Assembly (NCBI GenBank): GCA_965237805.1
Contig: OZ250153.1
Location: 1,440,001 to 1,504,000, forward strand
Reading direction: 5' to 3'
Length of the DNA: 64,000 nt
DNA from: Gammaproteobacteria bacterium
GTDB taxonomy: Bacteria; Pseudomonadota; Gammaproteobacteria; JABABF01
A program made the position numbers and the translations under genes. Position 1 is the stretch's first letter, and each line of letters begins with the position of its first letter. The notes below the pieces were generated by a model. The model saw only the letters and a list, made by a program, of their open reading frames with translations. It was not told the DNA's origin and did not search any database. Shown here in pieces: positions 51,774 to 61,565 of this stretch.

Positions 51774-52965
51774 CGCTGTTGTCTTGCCCCAGCAGCATGG
51801 CACCGTAGTTGCGCGCAAAACTGGTCGGGTTGTTGGCCACGTGACTGCGGCTGGTCAGCAGATCCAAATAGGCTTGCTGGATGTCGCTGCCGAGGAAGAC
51901 CGAGCGCCCGCCCGCCGTCGCGATCAGGGGCTGTGCTGCTGCCAGACAGCGAGCGACCACGATGGAGGCCTGATAGCGGTAGCGCGCGCGGACATCCATC
52001 GGCATTGCGTCGTCATTTTCGACGTACTGTGCGAGCCGCTCCATATTGCGGTGCAGCATCATTGCCAGTTCGTCGACGGTATTGCTGGCGTGGGCGAGCA
52101 GCTCCTGCGTGGCAACATCTTCTGCCAGCTTGGTGGGGTCGCCACTGTGGCGGCTTTTGGCACCGTCGATGCGCAGCTCGACGATGCGCTTGAGCAGGCT
52201 GATCGGCGTGGTGGCCACGGCACGCACAAAGATCTGCCCCCACGGGATACGGTAGACCGGATTGTCGTGGATTTTGTAGCCGGGATTGGTCAAATTGAAG
52301 CCATCCATTTGGTGGTGGGTGCGGTACTCGGGGACAAAGCAGTCCGCGACCACGATGTCTTTGCTACCCGTGCCCTGCAAGCCCATCACGTGCCAAGTGT
52401 CGTCGATCTTGTAGTCGGAACGTGGGACTAGGAAGGTGCGGTAGTGGGTATCGCCTTCATCGAAGACGAGCCCGCCGAGCAGGGCCCATTCGCAGTGGTC
52501 GCAACCACTGGACCAGCCCCAGCGTCCGCTGAAGCGGAAGCCGTCGTCGCAGCGCTCCACCTTGCCCATTGGCGCGTAGGAAGAGGAGACCAGCGTGTCG
52601 GGGTCGTCGCTCCACACCTCTTCTTGGGCGCGCTGATCGTAGAGAGCCAACTGGAAAGGGTGGACACCGATCACGCCGCAGACCCAGCCGGTCGCAGCGC
52701 AGCTCTCGGAGATCATCAGAACGAGCTGGCCGAAATCGGCGGGCTCCAATTCCAAGCCGCCGTAGCGTTGTGGCTGGAGCAGGCGAAAATAGCCAGCTGC
52801 TTTGAGCTCGGCGATGCTTGCCGCTGGCAGCATGCGCTGCTTGCGGGCGACGTCTGAGCGTTCCTGAAACTTGGGCAAAAGCGCCTCTACTGCCTCGTAG
52901 ACCGCGTGCCGGGTGGCGGCCTTTTCATCGGGGTCGCGCACTGCTGTCTTCGCCACCGTAGCCAT
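51760..52965 (-). CDS. hsaA: Flavin-dependent monooxygenase, acyl-CoA-dehydrogenase fold (HsaA-like oxygenase)
   Basis: LLQPQRYGG, GVH..LAL.DQRAQEEVW, SSSYAPMG, WSSGCDH and W.V.GL.GTGS motifs closely resemble HsaA. Confidence 0.72.
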   Translation of the reverse strand: MATVAKTAVRDPDEKAATRHAVYEAVEALLPKFQERSDVARKQRMLPAASIAELKAAGYFRLLQPQRYGGLELEPADFGQLVLMISESCAATGWVCGVIGVHPFQLALYDQRAQEEVWSDDPDTLVSSSYAPMGKVERCDDGFRFSGRWGWSSGCDHCEWALLGGLVFDEGDTHYRTFLVPRSDYKIDDTWHVMGLQGTGSKDIVVADCFVPEYRTHHQMDGFNLTNPGYKIHDNPVYRIPWGQIFVRAVATTPISLLKRIVELRIDGAKSRHSGDPTKLAEDVATQELLAHASNTVDELAMMLHRNMERLAQYVENDDAMPMDVRARYRYQASIVVARCLAAAQPLIATAGGRSVFLGSDIQQAYLDLLTSRSHVANNPTSFARNYGAMLLGQDNSDVFI

Positions 52966-53098
52966 ATTGCGCCGCCTCTCTGGCGTGTTTAACTCGTAGT
53001 TTTTAATTATCACCCGGTGCTTGGGGACTGTCAATTGAAGCCGGCCGTTTGGCTCTTGCGTTACACTGGGTCTAGGCAGCTATGCGATGTGCTGAGCC

Positions 53099-55363
53099 AT
53101 GAAAGAACGTGCGCTCGATGTGCCCGACTACGAGCGTCTGCCGCTGGCGCGCTACGCCGAGCAGGCTTATTTAGACTATGCCATGTATGTGGTCTTGGAT
53201 CGGGCACTGCCTTTTATAGGCGATGGCCTCAAACCGGTGCAGCGGCGCATTGTCTATGCCATGTCTGAATTGCGCCTCGCTGTAGCCGGTGCCCAATACA
53301 AGAAATCTGCCCGCACCGTCGGTGATGTCATCGGCAAGTTCCATCCGCACGGCGATGCGGCGGTCTACGAGGCCATGGTGCTGATGGCGCAGCCTTTTGC
53401 CACCCGCTATCCACTGATCGATGGCCAAGGCAACTGGGGCGCGACCGACGAGCCGCACTCCTTTGCCGCCATGCGCTACACCGAGGCGCGCCTGACACCG
53501 ATAGCTGGTCTGTTGTTGGCGGAGCTGGGGCAAGCCACCACCGCATGGACAGAGAATTTTGATGGCACCCTGCCTGAGCCCAGTGCTTTGCCAGCGCAGC
53601 TGCCGCAGCTGCTACTCAACGGTGCCACTGGCATCGCCGTCGGCATGTCCACCGATATCCCGCCGCACAACTTGCGCGAAGTCGTCGCCGCCTGCCTCAC
53701 CCTGCTCGACGATCCCAAAGCTGATGTCGCGACGCTGTGTCAGCATATTTTGGGGCCGGATTTCCCCTCTGGTGCCGAATTGATCAGCTCCCCGGAAGAT
53801 ATCCGTCAGCTCTACCAGTGCGGCCACGGCTCGCTGAGGATGCGGGCCGTGTACAGCATTGAGGGCGACAGCATCGTCATTACCGCACTACCGCATCAAG
53901 TGTACTGCGGGCGCGTGCTGGGACAGGTGGCGGCGCAGATGGAGGCGCGCAAGCTGCCGTGGGTTGTGGATGCCCGCGACGAATCCGATCACGAGCACCC
54001 CACCCGCTTGGTCCTATTGTTGCGCAGCGCCCGGGTTGATCGAGAGCAGCTGATGTCCCATCTCTTTGCCACCACCGATCTCGAGTCCAGTTGTCGCGTC
54101 AATTTCAATGCCATCGGCCTCGACGGATGCCCCCGGATCTACTCGCTACCGTCCTTTTTGGGCGAATGGTTGCGCTTTCGTCGCGAGTTGGTGCAGCGTC
54201 GCCTGCGTCACCGGCTCGCGCAGATCGCATCCCGTCTGCACTTGCTGGCAGGTTTCTTGATCGCCTACTCGCAGCTCGATGAGATGATCGCTTTGATTCG
54301 TAGCGCCGAGCGGCCAGCCGAGGCGCTGCGCGAGCGCTTCACTTTGGATGAGGCGCAGGCCGAGGCGATTTTGAACCTGCGCCTGCGCCAATTGGCGCAC
54401 CTTGCAGAAGATGCATTGCGTGCGGAGCAGGCTCAGCTGCTCGCCGAACAGACATCACTCCAAGCGGTACTCGGCTCCTCTCGCAAACTCAAAACTTTGA
54501 TCAAAACGGAACTGCGCGCGCTCGCCGAGAAATACGGCGACGAGCGGCGCTCGCCAGTGGTGCATCGTGCGGCAGCTCAGCAGCTGAGCGAGGAGGCTGT
54601 GCTACCGGTAGAGCCGCTGACGGCGGTACTGTCGCAAAGCGGCTGGATCCGTGCGGCCCGAGGCCATGATATCGACCCGGAGGCGCTGACTTACAAGTCG
54701 GGGGATCGCTTGTTGTGTATGGTGCACAGCCGCTCGGATCGCTTGCTGATCGCGCTGGACTCCACCGGGCGCGTCTACACGGTAGCCGCTCGTGGCCTGC
54801 CCTCGGCGCGTGGGCACGGCACACCGCTGAGCAGGCTGGTGGTGCCGCCCTCCGGCGCACATTTCATCGGCATGGTCGCAGCTTGCGACGGCGGTGGGGC
54901 GTTGTTAGCATCGGATCTCGGCTCGGGATTCATCGCCCCCTGCGAGGCCTTGCTCGGCAACCGCCGGGTCGGCAAGCAGCTGTTCATCCTGCCGGACGGA
55001 GCCTCGGCGCTGATGCCCTTGGCGGTGCCGGAGGACAGCGGGGACTGGCTGGTGGCGGTCGCCAGCAGTGCTGGCCACTTGCTGCTCTTCGCGCTGAGCG
55101 AGCTGCCGCGCCTGCGCCGCGGGCGCGGCGTGCGCTTGATGGCACTGCGTGGCGACGAGCGCTTGGCGGCGGTGCAATTGTTGCCGGTGACGGCCTGTTT
55201 GCGCATCCATGCAGGCAATCGCCACTACAGCCTGACAGCGCGCGACCTACCATTGTGGCGCGGTGCCCGTGCGCGACGCGGGCGAATCTTGCCGCGTGGC
55301 TTCCGCTCGGTGCGTGGCCTCAGCGTGGCAATGCCAGCTGCTAGCGAGGTGGTCGATGCCTGA
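53099..55363 (+). CDS. parC: DNA topoisomerase IV subunit A
   Basis: [31 protein letters not shown] and FAAMRYTE motifs; length and serB context fit ParC. Confidence 0.96.
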   Translation: MKERALDVPDYERLPLARYAEQAYLDYAMYVVLDRALPFIGDGLKPVQRRIVYAMSELRLAVAGAQYKKSARTVGDVIGKFHPHGDAAVYEAMVLMAQPFATRYPLIDGQGNWGATDEPHSFAAMRYTEARLTPIAGLLLAELGQATTAWTENFDGTLPEPSALPAQLPQLLLNGATGIAVGMSTDIPPHNLREVVAACLTLLDDPKADVATLCQHILGPDFPSGAELISSPEDIRQLYQCGHGSLRMRAVYSIEGDSIVITALPHQVYCGRVLGQVAAQMEARKLPWVVDARDESDHEHPTRLVLLLRSARVDREQLMSHLFATTDLESSCRVNFNAIGLDGCPRIYSLPSFLGEWLRFRRELVQRRLRHRLAQIASRLHLLAGFLIAYSQLDEMIALIRSAERPAEALRERFTLDEAQAEAILNLRLRQLAHLAEDALRAEQAQLLAEQTSLQAVLGSSRKLKTLIKTELRALAEKYGDERRSPVVHRAAAQQLSEEAVLPVEPLTAVLSQSGWIRAARGHDIDPEALTYKSGDRLLCMVHSRSDRLLIALDSTGRVYTVAARGLPSARGHGTPLSRLVVPPSGAHFIGMVAACDGGGALLASDLGSGFIAPCEALLGNRRVGKQLFILPDGASALMPLAVPEDSGDWLVAVASSAGHLLLFALSELPRLRRGRGVRLMALRGDERLAAVQLLPVTACLRIHAGNRHYSLTARDLPLWRGARARRGRILPRGFRSVRGLSVAMPAASEVVDA

Positions 55364-56576
55364 GATCCTGCTGTTGTCAGCGAGCGGGGCGGCATCTTCG
55401 GATGCCAGCACCGCGCTGTGCCAGCTGATCGGCGAATACAGTGGGCGAGTCCTCGACATCAGTTATAGCGCGGTGCATCGCCACGCCCATCTGGGCATGG
55501 TGGTGGCCTTGCCAGAGCAGGCTGACGGTGATGCCTTGCGCGGGCGTCTACAACGGGCGGCGGAGAGTCTCGAGCTGCGTTTGGATATTCGCGGTATCAC
55601 TGCCCAAGATTATCTGAGCTGGGCCATTCCAGGCGATGCGCCGAGCTATGTGTTGACGGTGTTGTCGCCGGACATCGAGGCCGGCACGCTGGCACGGGTT
55701 GCCGCCGCCGTCAGCGAGCACGGCTTTTCCATCGACCAGTTAGAGCGGCTCTCCGACCGCGTGGCGATTGAGCGCATCGACCCTTGTGCCAATATCTGTT
55801 GCTTGGAGTACAGCCTGCGCGGCACTGGCGATGCCCTGCCATTGCGCCGCCAGCTGTTGCAGCTGGCGGGCGATCTCGGCATCGACATCGCCCTGCAACG
55901 CGATGATCTCTACCGCCGCAACCGGCGGCTGGTGGCTTTTGATATGGATTCCACCCTGATTCAAGTCGAGGTGATCGACGAGTTGGCGCGCACCGCCGGT
56001 TGTGGCGAGGAAGTCGCGCGCATCACCACCGAGGCGATGGCTGGTGCCTGCGACTTCACCACCAGCCTGCGCCGCCGCGTGGCACTGCTCAAGGGGCTGC
56101 CCGAGTCGGTGTTGCGCGAGGTGGCCGATCGATTGCCTTTGACCCCTGGTGCCGAACAGCTGTTGCGCACACTGAAGGCACTGGGTTACCGCACAGCGAT
56201 TCTTTCCGGCGGTTTTGAGCTTTTTGGCGAGCGCTTGCGCACCCAGCTCGGCATCGATCACCTGCGTGCTAATCGCCTTGAATGGGACGGCGATCGCCTG
56301 AGTGGTCGGGTGCTGGATCCGGTCATCGACGGTGAGGGCAAAGCACAGCTGCTACGCGAATTGGCCACGCACGAGAATGTCGCGCTCGAACAGGTCATCG
56401 CTGTCGGCGACGGTGCCAACGACTTGCCGATGCTGAGCATCGCCGGGCTCGGCATCGCCTTCCGCGCCAAGCCCTTGGTTGCGCGTGAAGCCGGTCATTC
56501 TCTGTCCACTTGCGGGCTCGACGCCATTCTCTATCTGTTGGGGCTCAGGGCAGCCCAAGCTTTGCCCGTCAGCTGA
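55356..56576 (+). CDS. serB: Phosphoserine phosphatase (ACT-HAD)
   Basis: Two ACT domains; [17 protein letters not shown] and GDGANDL motifs. Confidence 0.96.
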   Translation: MPEILLLSASGAASSDASTALCQLIGEYSGRVLDISYSAVHRHAHLGMVVALPEQADGDALRGRLQRAAESLELRLDIRGITAQDYLSWAIPGDAPSYVLTVLSPDIEAGTLARVAAAVSEHGFSIDQLERLSDRVAIERIDPCANICCLEYSLRGTGDALPLRRQLLQLAGDLGIDIALQRDDLYRRNRRLVAFDMDSTLIQVEVIDELARTAGCGEEVARITTEAMAGACDFTTSLRRRVALLKGLPESVLREVADRLPLTPGAEQLLRTLKALGYRTAILSGGFELFGERLRTQLGIDHLRANRLEWDGDRLSGRVLDPVIDGEGKAQLLRELATHENVALEQVIAVGDGANDLPMLSIAGLGIAFRAKPLVAREAGHSLSTCGLDAILYLLGLRAAQALPVS

Positions 56577-56699
56577 TGGTGGCGGCGCTTTGGCGCCATC
56601 GCCGGGGTTGTCTGGTGGCGTTCACAGGCGGCAAAAGGCTATAATCTGCCGTGTTTTGCGTCCCGCCGTGATGGTCGGGATCGTCTGGCTGGTGGCAGA

Positions 56700-56771
56700 G
56701 GGCGCGTAGCTCAGGGGGAGAGCGCTGCTTTCACACGGCAGAGGTCGCTGGTTCAATCCCAGCCGCGCCCA
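56700..56771 (+). tRNA. tRNA-Val (anticodon CAC), CCA not encoded
   Basis: Acceptor GGGCGCG/CGCGCCC-A, D arm GCTC/GAGC, anticodon stem CTGCT/GGCAG with loop TT-CAC-AC, T arm GCTGG-TTCAATC-CCAGC. TATAAT at 56640. Confidence 0.96.
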
Positions 56772-56782
56772 CGGCTCCAGCT

Positions 56783-56831
56783 GCTGATTCCATTTTCCAT
56801 GTTCGACGTGGCATCCGCTTCGATACCGGTG
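56783..56831 (+). repeat. Degenerate direct copy of a ctpA internal segment (57220-57269)
   Basis: gctgattccattttccatgttcgacgtggc-atccgcttcgataccggtg aligns with gctgattccatttcccgtgttcgacgtggatatccggttcgataccggtg. Confidence 0.9.
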
Positions 56832-57007
56832 CTGAGCACCCGATGGCACGAGCGGGGGTGTGGCGGGGAACATCTATACGGGCCCGATACCCACCGACGT
56901 GCACCGACAGGGATCGGGCGGATCTTTGAGGCAGTGTCGGTGCAATGCCGACACCAATTTGTCTGGTGGCAGCTCCGGTTCGTTGTCTACGGGCCGCGCC
57001 TGTGCGC

Positions 57008-58321
57008 TTATTGCGGTGGTAGCTTGCGGGTGGGGGCGAAGGTTTGGGACAAGTCCATGCCACGCAATATCAGCAAGGCCGCATGCAGCTGATAGTCCTC
57101 GCGGGCCACGTGATCCAGCTGGGGGGACGGGGATACTGGCACTTTGCCATCAGCGGTGGTGTCGGGTGGCGGCAGATGGCCGGGCAGATCTTGCTCGCGG
57201 AGGAACGACGGTAGTGGTCGCTGATTCCATTTCCCGTGTTCGACGTGGATATCCGGTTCGATACCGGTGGCTTGGATCGACCGCCCGTTGGGCGTGTAGT
57301 AGAGCGCGGTGGTCATTTTCAGCGCCTGACCCTGCGGCAGTGGGATGATTGATTGCACCGAGCCCTTGCCGAAGCTTTGGTTCCCGACCAACAACGCACG
57401 TCGACGGTCTTGCAGCGCTCCAGCCACCACTTCCGCCGCCGAGGCGGTGCCCGCGTTGATCAACACGACAATGGGCAGGCCATGGCTTAGATCGCCGCGG
57501 CTGGCGCGGATTATTTCCAGCGACTTGCCGCCGCGCCCGCGAGTAGAGACGATATCACCACCATCCAGCAACAGATCGGCCACTGCCACCGCTGCTGCCA
57601 TCAGTCCACCGGGGTTGTCGCGCAGATCCAGCACCATACCGCGTGCTTTGTGCGCATCATTGTCGAGCTCGACCCGCAGGATCTTGTGCATCTCTGCCGC
57701 CGTATCGTTCTGAAAGCGCGCGATGCGCAGGTAGACATGCTCCGGTGTCGGGAAGCTGTGCTGCACACTGCGGATTTTCACCACCTCACGCTGCAGCTCG
57801 AATGACAGGGGATCCACGACGCCCCGGCGCTGGATTGAGAGCTGCACCATGCTGCCGGGAGGGCCGCGCAGTAGCGCGGATGCGCGCTCGAAGCGCAGCC
57901 GATCGATCGGCTGCTTGTCGATGGCGATGATGCGGTCACCGCTCTTGATGCCGGCTCGTGCGGCCGGTGTGTCGTCGATCGGGGCGATGATCAGCAGCTT
58001 GCCGTCCCGCCATTCGATTTCGATACCGATGCCGCCAAAACGACCCTCGGTGTCGATTTGCAGCTCGCGCCGCTCCTCTTTGTTCAGATAAGCCGAGTGC
58101 GGATCCAAACCGTCCAACATGCCGCGAATAGCGTTTTCTAGCAGCTGGGCATCCGAGCTCTCATACAGATAGTTGCGCTGAATTTGGTGGAAAGCGAATG
58201 AGAAGAGCTTCAGCTCCTCCAGCGGCACCTTGGGATACCTGTCTGCGGCCTGTGCGACGGCGGTGTTAAGGCACAGTGCCAGCGCGATGCTCAAGCCGTT
58301 GCAGACACTATATTTTCGCAT
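57008..58321 (-). CDS. ctpA: Carboxyl-terminal processing protease (S41)
   Basis: LDPHSAY, PDZ FGGIG, DLRDNPGG, TASAAE, FGKGSVQ and GIEPD motifs. Confidence 0.95.
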   Translation of the reverse strand: MRKYSVCNGLSIALALCLNTAVAQAADRYPKVPLEELKLFSFAFHQIQRNYLYESSDAQLLENAIRGMLDGLDPHSAYLNKEERRELQIDTEGRFGGIGIEIEWRDGKLLIIAPIDDTPAARAGIKSGDRIIAIDKQPIDRLRFERASALLRGPPGSMVQLSIQRRGVVDPLSFELQREVVKIRSVQHSFPTPEHVYLRIARFQNDTAAEMHKILRVELDNDAHKARGMVLDLRDNPGGLMAAAVAVADLLLDGGDIVSTRGRGGKSLEIIRASRGDLSHGLPIVVLINAGTASAAEVVAGALQDRRRALLVGNQSFGKGSVQSIIPLPQGQALKMTTALYYTPNGRSIQATGIEPDIHVEHGKWNQRPLPSFLREQDLPGHLPPPDTTADGKVPVSPSPQLDHVAREDYQLHAALLILRGMDLSQTFAPTRKLPPQ

Positions 58322-58369
58322 GATGATAGCTGGCACGACCAGCAGCTCTATAGCCGGGAAATGATTATA

Positions 58370-59500
58370 TCAATCTGACTCAAACCACTGCAGGGGGTTG
58401 CGCGGTTTGCCTTGGTGGCGCAATTCGAAGTACAGGCCGCTGTTGCGTTGGCCGCCGCTACGCCCTACCGTGGCGATGGTCTCGGCGCTGTCCACCTCGT
58501 CGCCGACCGATCGGAGTAGGCTTTGGTTGTTGCCGTAGACCGACAGGTAGCCCGCACCGTGATCCAAGATCATCAGCAGGCCCATATCGGCGAAGGATTG
58601 GGCGAATACCACCCTGCCAGCGTGTAAGGCGCGCACTGGGGTACCATCGGGCGCGTCGATACGGATACCGCGCCAGCGCAACATGCCGCCAGCGCGGCGG
58701 GTGCCGAAGTGCTTGCTGATGGTGCCCTTCACCGGGCGCGGCAAGCGGTGGCGCAGCTTGGCGATGCTGGAGCGGCGTGGCGGCAGCTGCTGTTGCACAC
58801 CCTCCAGCAGCTCCTGCAGCTGCCGCTGCTCGCGCTCGAGCTGCTTTAGCCGCTTGTTGCGGCTGAGCAGGGTGCCGTCCACTGCCCCCAGTGCAGCCCG
58901 ATGCTTGGTGATGAGCTTTTGCAATTTGCCGCGTTGCTCACGCTGTATAGCACGGCGACTGCTGATGTGTTGTGCCAGCTGGCGGCTCTGCTGCTCGGCG
59001 GCGCGCAGCTGCCCGATGCTGGTGCGAAAGCGGTCGATGCGCTGGTGTCGCAAGCTGCTGAGCCGGCGGTGGTAGTAGTGTAGGCGCACGAGGCGGCGCG
59101 GGGTTTCGGCATTGAGCAACAGCCGCAGTTGCTCGCCGGGACCGATACGGTGCAGGTGGCGCATGATATCGCGCATTTGGCCGCGTTGCGTGGCGATGTG
59201 CCGCTCCAGCGCTTCGATGTTGTCGTGCAACAGGCGCTGATCTTCCGCCTGCTTGGCCAGCGAGCTGCGGCTTTGACGCAGGGTGGTGGCACTGTGGTCG
59301 ATCGTGCGCTCAATGGTGTCGAGCTGTTGCTGTAGAGCCGAGCGTTCTCCTTGGCGCTTGCTGATATCAGTTTGCAACTCGGCGATGCCATCTTGCAGGG
59401 ACTGCAGCTGGCGCAGCTGTTCCGCGCTGTGCTGTGCGGCTGCTGTGCTGGCCGCGAGTAACAGCGCGGGTAACAGCGCCGCAGACAGGCGCTTAGTCAT
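58370..59500 (-). CDS. envC: Murein hydrolase activator EnvC
   Basis: Signal peptide, coiled coil and degenerate M23 domain (W.GI, DHG.GY, LYFELR). Confidence 0.93.
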   Translation of the reverse strand: MTKRLSAALLPALLLAASTAAAQHSAEQLRQLQSLQDGIAELQTDISKRQGERSALQQQLDTIERTIDHSATTLRQSRSSLAKQAEDQRLLHDNIEALERHIATQRGQMRDIMRHLHRIGPGEQLRLLLNAETPRRLVRLHYYHRRLSSLRHQRIDRFRTSIGQLRAAEQQSRQLAQHISSRRAIQREQRGKLQKLITKHRAALGAVDGTLLSRNKRLKQLEREQRQLQELLEGVQQQLPPRRSSIAKLRHRLPRPVKGTISKHFGTRRAGGMLRWRGIRIDAPDGTPVRALHAGRVVFAQSFADMGLLMILDHGAGYLSVYGNNQSLLRSVGDEVDSAETIATVGRSGGQRNSGLYFELRHQGKPRNPLQWFESD

Positions 59501-59512
59501 GCGATATCCGCA

Positions 59513-61063
59513 TCAGGCATCGGCAAATAGGGGACGTCCACTCATCTCGGCCGGGGGCTCTAGGCCAAGCAACCACAGCGCCGTGGGAGCCACATCGGCG
59601 AGCGAGCCGTGGGGCTGTTCCCAGTCGCCGTTGGCAGTCGCCGGGCGCAGCTGCCGCGGCCCGGCGTAGAGCAGTGGTACTGGCCCCAGCGTGTGGGCGG
59701 TATGGGTGCCGCCGCCGGGTGCCGACATGCTCTCGCAGTTGCCGTGATCCGCGGTGATCAGGCAGTGACTGCCGCTGGCGTCGATCGCCTCGAGCAGCTG
59801 TCCCAACGCCCGGTCGATGCATTCCACCGCCGCCACGGCGGCATCGAGCTTGCCGGTATGGCCGACCATATCGCCATTGGCGTAGTTGCAGATCAGCACA
59901 TCGTGTCGACCGGCCGCGATCGCATCGACCAATTTCCGGCTCAGCTCGGGCGCACTCATCTCTGGTTGCAAATCATAAGTGGCGACTTTGGGGGAGGGAA
60001 CCAACTGCCGTTCTTCACCCGGGAAAGCGGCCTCGCGTCCGCCGTTCAGAAAATAGGTGACATGCGCGAATTTCTCGGTTTCGGCAAGGCGCAGCTGGCG
60101 CAGCTGGTGTTGAGCCAAGCAGGCTCCCAAGGTGTTCTCCGGTTGCTCGGATCGAAAAGCGACCGCCGCCGGTAGCGTGTCGTCGTAGAGTGTGGCGGTG
60201 ACAAAGCATCCCGCTCGCAATGCCGTCTGTCCAGGGCGCGGAAAATGATCGAATTGCTCATCGAGCAGGGCGTGGCTCAGCTGGCGGGCGCGGTCGGCGC
60301 GAAAATTCATGAACAGCATGCTGTCGGTGACGCCGATGGCTCGAGCCACACCGATTGTGGTCGGCAGCACGAACTCGTCATCTTCGCCGCGCTGGTAGGC
60401 GGCTTCGAGCGCTGTTTCGGCGCTGTCGGCGCACTGCTCGGCCAGTCCTGCCACCAGTCGCCAAGCCCGTTCGGTGCGCTCCCAGCGTCGATCCCGATCC
60501 ATCGCGTAATAGCGCCCGACGACGCTGGCAATGCGCGCCTGACCGCCGCTGAGCTGGCACTGTCGCTCCAGCTCGGCCAGCGAGGTGGCGGCGCAGCGCG
60601 GCGCGGTGTCGCGACCGTCAAGAAAGGCGTGGATCTGCACTTGGGCACCGCGCTCCAAGGCTAGCTGCAGGGCGGCGTGCAGGTGGCGTTCGTGGCTGTG
60701 CACCCCGCCGGGTGACAGCAGGCCGAGCAGATGTACTGCGCCGCCGTCGTCGCGAGCTCGGTCGATCGCCTCGCACAGCACTTGGCAACGGGAAAAAACA
60801 CCATTTTCCAGCGCTTGGTCAATCTGTGCCAGCTGCTGTGGGAGCACCCGCCCGGCCCCGATGCAGCTGTGTCCGACTTCAGAGTTTCCCATTTGACCCG
60901 CGGGCAGGCCGACGGCGGGGCCGGAACATGACAGCAGGCGTTTGGGTGCGGTGCGCCACAGGCGATCGTAGACTGGAGTGTGGGCGATGGCGATGGCATT
61001 GCCCTCGCGCTGCTCGCTGTGCCCCCAGCCGTCGAGCACGATCAACGCCAACTGTGTCGCCAT
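59513..61063 (-). CDS. gpmI: 2,3-BPG-independent phosphoglycerate mutase
   Basis: LDGWG, QMGNSEVGH, GRYYAMDRD, AETEK, DMVGH and TADHGN motifs. Confidence 0.98.
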   Translation of the reverse strand: MATQLALIVLDGWGHSEQREGNAIAIAHTPVYDRLWRTAPKRLLSCSGPAVGLPAGQMGNSEVGHSCIGAGRVLPQQLAQIDQALENGVFSRCQVLCEAIDRARDDGGAVHLLGLLSPGGVHSHERHLHAALQLALERGAQVQIHAFLDGRDTAPRCAATSLAELERQCQLSGGQARIASVVGRYYAMDRDRRWERTERAWRLVAGLAEQCADSAETALEAAYQRGEDDEFVLPTTIGVARAIGVTDSMLFMNFRADRARQLSHALLDEQFDHFPRPGQTALRAGCFVTATLYDDTLPAAVAFRSEQPENTLGACLAQHQLRQLRLAETEKFAHVTYFLNGGREAAFPGEERQLVPSPKVATYDLQPEMSAPELSRKLVDAIAAGRHDVLICNYANGDMVGHTGKLDAAVAAVECIDRALGQLLEAIDASGSHCLITADHGNCESMSAPGGGTHTAHTLGPVPLLYAGPRQLRPATANGDWEQPHGSLADVAPTALWLLGLEPPAEMSGRPLFADA

Positions 61064-61142
61064 TCTTGGGTTCCGTTTACGCTCAGGCTAAACTGTTATT
61101 TTACGCGCCGCAACGGCGGCATTCTGCGCACGGTTCTCGGCT

Positions 61143-61565
61143 ATGTCTACATTCAGTGCCTTCGCTGTGCAGCAATGGCCGTTATTTGCGGCATTGTGCC
61201 TGCTGCTCGCGTTGTTGTGGCGGCACGAGAGCCGCAGTGGTGGCCCGGCCATTTCGCCCCATCTGTTGACCGTGTTGGTCAATGGCGAAAGCGCCCGCAT
61301 GATCGACCTGCGTCCGGCGGCCGACTTTGCGGCTGCCCATATCGCTGGTGCCGAGAACATCCCGTGGAGCGATTTCCAAAGCCGCCTGCCCGAGCTGCAG
61401 CGCGACACTAGCACACCGTTGGTGCTGGTCTGCGCCATGGGGCAACAGTCCCCGTCGGCGGTGCGGCAGCTGCGCGCCGCCGAGTTCAAGTCGCTCTCCC
61501 GCCTCGGCGGGGGCATTGCCGAATGGCGACACCAGCGCTATCCGTTGGTGAGCGCCAAGCGCTGA
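61143..61565 (+). CDS. Membrane-anchored rhodanese (YibN-like)
   Basis: N-terminal transmembrane segment; IDLR...F..HI.GA.NIP, VC..G and L.GGI..W motifs; divergent from gpmI. Confidence 0.9.
   Translation: MSTFSAFAVQQWPLFAALCLLLALLWRHESRSGGPAISPHLLTVLVNGESARMIDLRPAADFAAAHIAGAENIPWSDFQSRLPELQRDTSTPLVLVCAMGQQSPSAVRQLRAAEFKSLSRLGGGIAEWRHQRYPLVSAKR

Noticed and set aside
56783-57269. ctpA repeat pair as DGR template/variable repeat or as a CRISPR unit
   Set aside because: The differences are not adenine-specific, there is no reverse transcriptase or cas gene in the window, and there is no repeat-spacer periodicity.
56622-57348. ORFs overlapping the tRNA and its trailer
   Set aside because: They contain typical tRNA-antisense peptides (GIEPATS, LNQRPLP) or are antisense to ctpA, so they are not credible genes.
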